UHGV virus genome: UHGV-0274280
Origin: a virus
Strand: one strand, 5' to 3'
Length of the DNA: 15,876 bases
Positions 15,601 through 15,876 of the stretch are shown here, piece after piece; position 1 is the first letter of the stretch; every line of letters begins with the position of its first letter. Under the pieces are notes generated by a model that had not been told where the DNA came from, searched no databases, and was given only the letters and a program-made list of their open reading frames with translations. Position numbers and translations under genes: made by a program.

Positions 15601-15876
15601 TAGGAGAAGGGATGTAAGGGAAGAACCCTTTCCTGTACATGTATTTCAAATGCAACTTTAAAGATACTACTAACGTGTTGACCAGCTTCAAATCTAGCTT
15701 AGTGATTGGACAACGCAGCCTTTGATCCCTTCCCCTGCCCCATCCCTCGAATTGTTCAGTGATAACTCACATTCACAATCTGATCTCGATGTTCATCGTC
15801 TGGCACGGCTAAAGCCCCGCCACCTCTTCACATCGAGAGCCGCAAGTAACACGAAAATACATTATAAATCATATCG

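Noticed and set aside
15100-15691. Minus-strand ORFs of 150, 61 and 64 aa in the right-hand non-coding region
   Set aside because: They translate the pyrimidine-rich complement of a purine-skewed repeat region into low-complexity Cys/Ser/Leu-rich sequence, have no convincing RBS, and overlap one another.
4834-15819. Shared 9-mer AAAGCCCCG at 4834-4842 and 15811-15819 as possible element-end direct repeats
   Set aside because: Too short to distinguish from chance at this comparison size, with no extended flanking identity.
1-15876. CRISPR arrays, rRNA genes, IS elements or transposase genes
   Set aside because: No regularly spaced direct repeats, no rRNA-like conserved stretches, and no DDE-transposase-like ORF or terminal inverted repeats were seen.

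Overview
The window reads as a mosaic of horizontally acquired DNA, with almost all genes on the minus strand. No rRNA, complete tRNA, CRISPR array or transposase is visible; all calls rest on motif recognition by eye, with no database search run. (1) Positions 1-3200 are strongly AT-rich (about 28-35% GC, estimated from sampled lines) and carry a tyrosine recombinase translationally coupled to a downstream gene that leaves the window, an alpA-like regulator co-transcribed with a 104-aa ORF, and an orphan 276-aa cargo gene. (2) A P4/CP4-57-type integrase (3259-4509) sits beside a 31-nt fragment matching the 3' end of a tRNA (4699-4729, leuX-like from memory), with AGTAGAC direct repeats between them; a second, unrelated tyrosine integrase (4863-6071) diverges from the same junction. 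(3) Positions 6897-14725 are GC-rich (about 55-63%) and form one compact leftward operon with many ATGA start/stop overlaps: a RecQ-like DEAH helicase, small unknown proteins, an acidic low-complexity protein, an HTH protein, a T7 gp10-like major capsid homolog, an HNH-AP2 endonuclease and an endonuclease VII-like protein. No portal, large terminase, tail or lysis gene is recognisable in this ~10 kb, so the most interesting reading is a capsid-encoding phage satellite or a stripped-down phage-derived island. (4) An AT-rich two-gene moron (6107-6719) with its own promoter and terminator lies between the integrase and the operon. (5) Positions 14726-15876 are about 1.1 kb of non-coding DNA, including a T-depleted, purine-rich stretch full of short GGCAG(TA)/GACAG repeats (15115-15600) that may be an origin or a structured leader.
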